DNA from: Hyphomicrobiales bacterium
GTDB taxonomy: Bacteria; Pseudomonadota; Alphaproteobacteria; Rhizobiales; NORP267
Assembly (NCBI GenBank): GCA_030688605.1
Contig: JAUYJB010000034.1
Location: 113-64,112, forward strand
DNA: 64,000 bases
Direction: 5' to 3'
Positions within the stretch are counted from its first letter, which is position 1. The number at the start of each line of letters is the position of its first letter. Both the position numbers and the translations under genes were made by a program. Below are positions 62,010 to 64,000 of the stretch, piece after piece. The notes below the pieces were generated by a model that saw nothing but the letters and a program-made list of their open reading frames with translations, was not told the DNA's origin and did no database searches.

Positions 62010-62861
62010 CTATGCCCGGCCGGCGCGATAGGCGGGGGCCAAATCTTCCTTACCCCGCGCTTTCGTCTCCGTCCGCGGCGGCGTGCCATAGACTTCGGCG
62101 GTGAACATGCGCCGCACCTCCGCTTCAAGCGCCCGGGCAAGCGCCTTGCGGTCGGCGAATTCCGTGGCCGGGTGCACCGGGCCCAGCGCGACCGAAACGT
62201 TGATCGGCCCGTGGGTCAAGACGCCCCAAATGTGCGGCAACAGGTCCATTTCGCCATACCAGGCGTAAGACGGGCGCCCGGCGCGGTCGATCGGCAGACC
62301 GTGCCGGCGCGTATAGGCGATGGCCATGGGCTGAACGGCGACCTCGGCAAGGTGCGATTCGCGCACCGCCCGCTCCGCGGCGCCGAGGATCGGCGTCTTG
62401 AACGGCAGCACCCGGTTGCCGTCGCTGCTCGTCCCCTCGGCGAACAGGACAATGACCTCGCCGGCCATCAGCCGTTGGGCCAGGGCGTGGTTGGCCTCAT
62501 GGGTGCCGCGGCGGCTGCGGTCGATGAAGACCGAGCGCTGCATGCGGGCGAGCAGGCCGAAGACGGGCCAGCGCGCGACCTCCTGTTTGGCGACGAAGGA
62601 CAAAGGCACGAGCGAGCCGATGACCGGGATATCGAGCCAGCTCACATGGTTGGAGACGATGAGCAGCGGACGCGCCTCGCAGACCGCGCCGCGCAAATCG
62701 ATCCTCAGGCCGATCAGGCGGCAGACCGTGCGGTGGTAGCGCATCGGGAAACTGCGTGCCGCCGGCAGCCCGAGCCCGGCGAGCGCGAATTGAATGACAA
62801 TGCCGACCGCCGTCACCAGAGTTAGGCTAATGACCAGGACAAGGGCGCGCAGTACCGTCAC
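62010..62861 (-). CDS. Lysophospholipid (1-acyl-sn-glycerol-3-phosphate-type) acyltransferase
   Basis: HX4D motif NHVSWLDI and FAEGTSS, with an N-terminal TM segment. GTG start at 62861 overlaps the fur stop (GTGA). Confidence 0.8.
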   Translation of the reverse strand: MTVLRALVLVISLTLVTAVGIVIQFALAGLGLPAARSFPMRYHRTVCRLIGLRIDLRGAVCEARPLLIVSNHVSWLDIPVIGSLVPLSFVAKQEVARWPVFGLLARMQRSVFIDRSRRGTHEANHALAQRLMAGEVIVLFAEGTSSDGNRVLPFKTPILGAAERAVRESHLAEVAVQPMAIAYTRRHGLPIDRAGRPSYAWYGEMDLLPHIWGVLTHGPINVSVALGPVHPATEFADRKALARALEAEVRRMFTAEVYGTPPRTETKARGKEDLAPAYRAGRA

Positions 62862-63322
62862 TTGGCGTCCTTGAGAGGCACGCCGTAAAGCTCCAGCCGG
62901 TGGTCGACGAGCCGGTAGCCGAGCTCGCGCGCGACGAGGCGCTGCAATTTCTCGATGTCCTCGTTCTGGAACTCGATGACCTCGCCGGTGCGCAGGTCGA
63001 TCAGATGGTCGTGGTGCTCGTCGCTGGTCGGCTCGTAGCGCGAGCGGCCGTCGCGGAACTCGTGCTTCTCGAGGATGCCGGCATCCTCGAACAGCTTGAC
63101 CGTCCTGTAGACGGTGGAGATCGAAATGCGCGGGTCGACGGTGGAGGCGCGGGCATAGACCTCCTCGACGTCGGGGTGATCCTCGGCGTCGGACAGGACA
63201 CGGGCGATGACCCGCCGCTGCTCGGTCATGCGCATGCCCTTGTCGAGGCACACGGCCTCGATGCGGCTCAGCTTTCCGTCGGGATCATTCGCGTCCGCCA
63301 TTTCGTCCGCCATTTGGCTCAC
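62858..63322 (-). CDS. fur: Fur-family metalloregulator (Fur/Mur)
   Basis: RMTEQRRVIARVL, ISISTVYRTVKLFEDAGI and the HHDHLIDL metal-site motif. GTG at 63322 overlaps the rimI stop. An alternative ATG is at 63313. Confidence 0.88.
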   Translation of the reverse strand: MSQMADEMADANDPDGKLSRIEAVCLDKGMRMTEQRRVIARVLSDAEDHPDVEEVYARASTVDPRISISTVYRTVKLFEDAGILEKHEFRDGRSRYEPTSDEHHDHLIDLRTGEVIEFQNEDIEKLQRLVARELGYRLVDHRLELYGVPLKDAK

Positions 63323-63819
63323 ACCGGCTTTTCATAGTCCGTTTCGGCGCTTTTTGAAACCATTGCCGGCACAGCCAAGCTCGCCCGCAGCACCAGGGCG
63401 TCGCCGGGCGCGCTGCCGCCATAATAGCCGGGACGGCGTCCGATTTCGGCGAAGCCGAAGCCGCCATAAAGAAGCAGCGCTGGCTTATTCTCCGCACCGA
63501 CCTCGAGAAAGACCGCGGTGATCCTGCGATGTCTGAGATCGTCGAACAGACGCTTCATCAGGTTCTTGGCGACGCCGTGCCGGCGATGCTCTGGGGCAAC
63601 GGCGATGGTGAGGACCTCCGCCTCGCCGGCCACCGTACGGGCCATGAGGAAGCCGGCCGGGCTGTCGTCGCTCTCCCGCCAGGCGAGGAGAGCGCGGCTC
63701 CCCGGCGCACTCAGCAGCCTGGCGAATTCATCGCGGCTCCAATCGCGGGAGAAGCTTGCCGCGTGCAGCGCGGCGAGCGTCGCAGTGTCACTCTCGCGGG
63801 CCGGGCCATACGAAATCAT
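63319..63819 (-). CDS. rimI: Ribosomal-protein-alanine N-acetyltransferase (GNAT)
   Basis: GNAT core LTIAVAPEHRRHGVAKNLM plus GFAEIGRRPGYY, positioned after tsaB. Confidence 0.85.
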   Translation of the reverse strand: MISYGPARESDTATLAALHAASFSRDWSRDEFARLLSAPGSRALLAWRESDDSPAGFLMARTVAGEAEVLTIAVAPEHRRHGVAKNLMKRLFDDLRHRRITAVFLEVGAENKPALLLYGGFGFAEIGRRPGYYGGSAPGDALVLRASLAVPAMVSKSAETDYEKPV

Positions 63820-64000
63820 GGCGCACTCGCCCGGCCGTCGGCTTGCCGCGCAACCGCACCTGGCTGCGGCTTGGCGTCGGCAGGGCGCAGGTAAAGCGGC
63901 GCCGGCCGGCGGTCCGGCACGGCCTTTTCCGTCGCGAGACGGGCGATGATCATTGGGTCAGGGCCGGGCCCGAGGTCGCGCGACGACAAACGGACGGTTC
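63816..64000 (-). CDS. tsaB: tRNA threonylcarbamoyladenosine biosynthesis protein TsaB, C-terminal part (5-prime end outside window)
   Basis: Hand translation ends ...APLYLRPADAKPQPGAVARQADGRASAP with TGA overlapping the rimI ATG (ATGA). PLYLR.PDA is a typical TsaB tail, and tsaB-rimI synteny is common. Confidence 0.6.
   Translation of the reverse strand, partial: TVRLSSRDLGPGPDPMIIARLATEKAVPDRRPAPLYLRPADAKPQPGAVARQADGRASAP

Overview
This 64-kb window is a high-GC alphaproteobacterial chromosome segment. Its gene content looks Hyphomicrobiales/Rhizobiales-like, which is an inference from actSR, irr-fabA-fabB-fabI and the ubiE-ubiB-coaBC-dut order. Most of it is core housekeeping. The minus strand carries rpsT, a rhodanese gene and dnaA-dnaN-recF-gyrB. 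It also carries the rimP-nusA-ylxR-infB-rbfA-truB-rpsO-pnp block, the run trmB, metK, lnt, corC, ybeY, phoH, miaB, and tsaB-rimI-fur plus an acyltransferase. I found no rRNA, tRNA or CRISPR array. Accessory or unusual DNA sits in a few pockets.

- **12.15-16.45 kb:** a single-polypeptide type IIG/IIL-like restriction-modification gene with a low-GC central segment. Directly downstream are two tandem paralogous ~98-aa proteins of unknown family, each with doubled (Q/H)P(D/E)LF motifs. This is my best candidate for something undescribed.
- **17.82-17.92 kb:** two adjacent perfect or near-perfect tandem repeat arrays in a promoter region.
- **20.95-21.99 kb:** an array of at least six stem-loops next to a higBA toxin-antitoxin cassette, wedged between a PBP1A gene and gyrB.
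- **42.7-43.6 kb:** an apparent IS-transposase C-terminal remnant and a small membrane ORF between fabI and pnp.
- **1-60 and 36510-36569:** a dispersed ~60-nt repeat. The second copy lies inside a 330-nt structured non-coding spacer.

Many long ORFs in the six-frame track are antisense shadows typical of high-GC DNA and were rejected. The track also labels GTG/TTG starts as M, so several starts were re-picked by hand.
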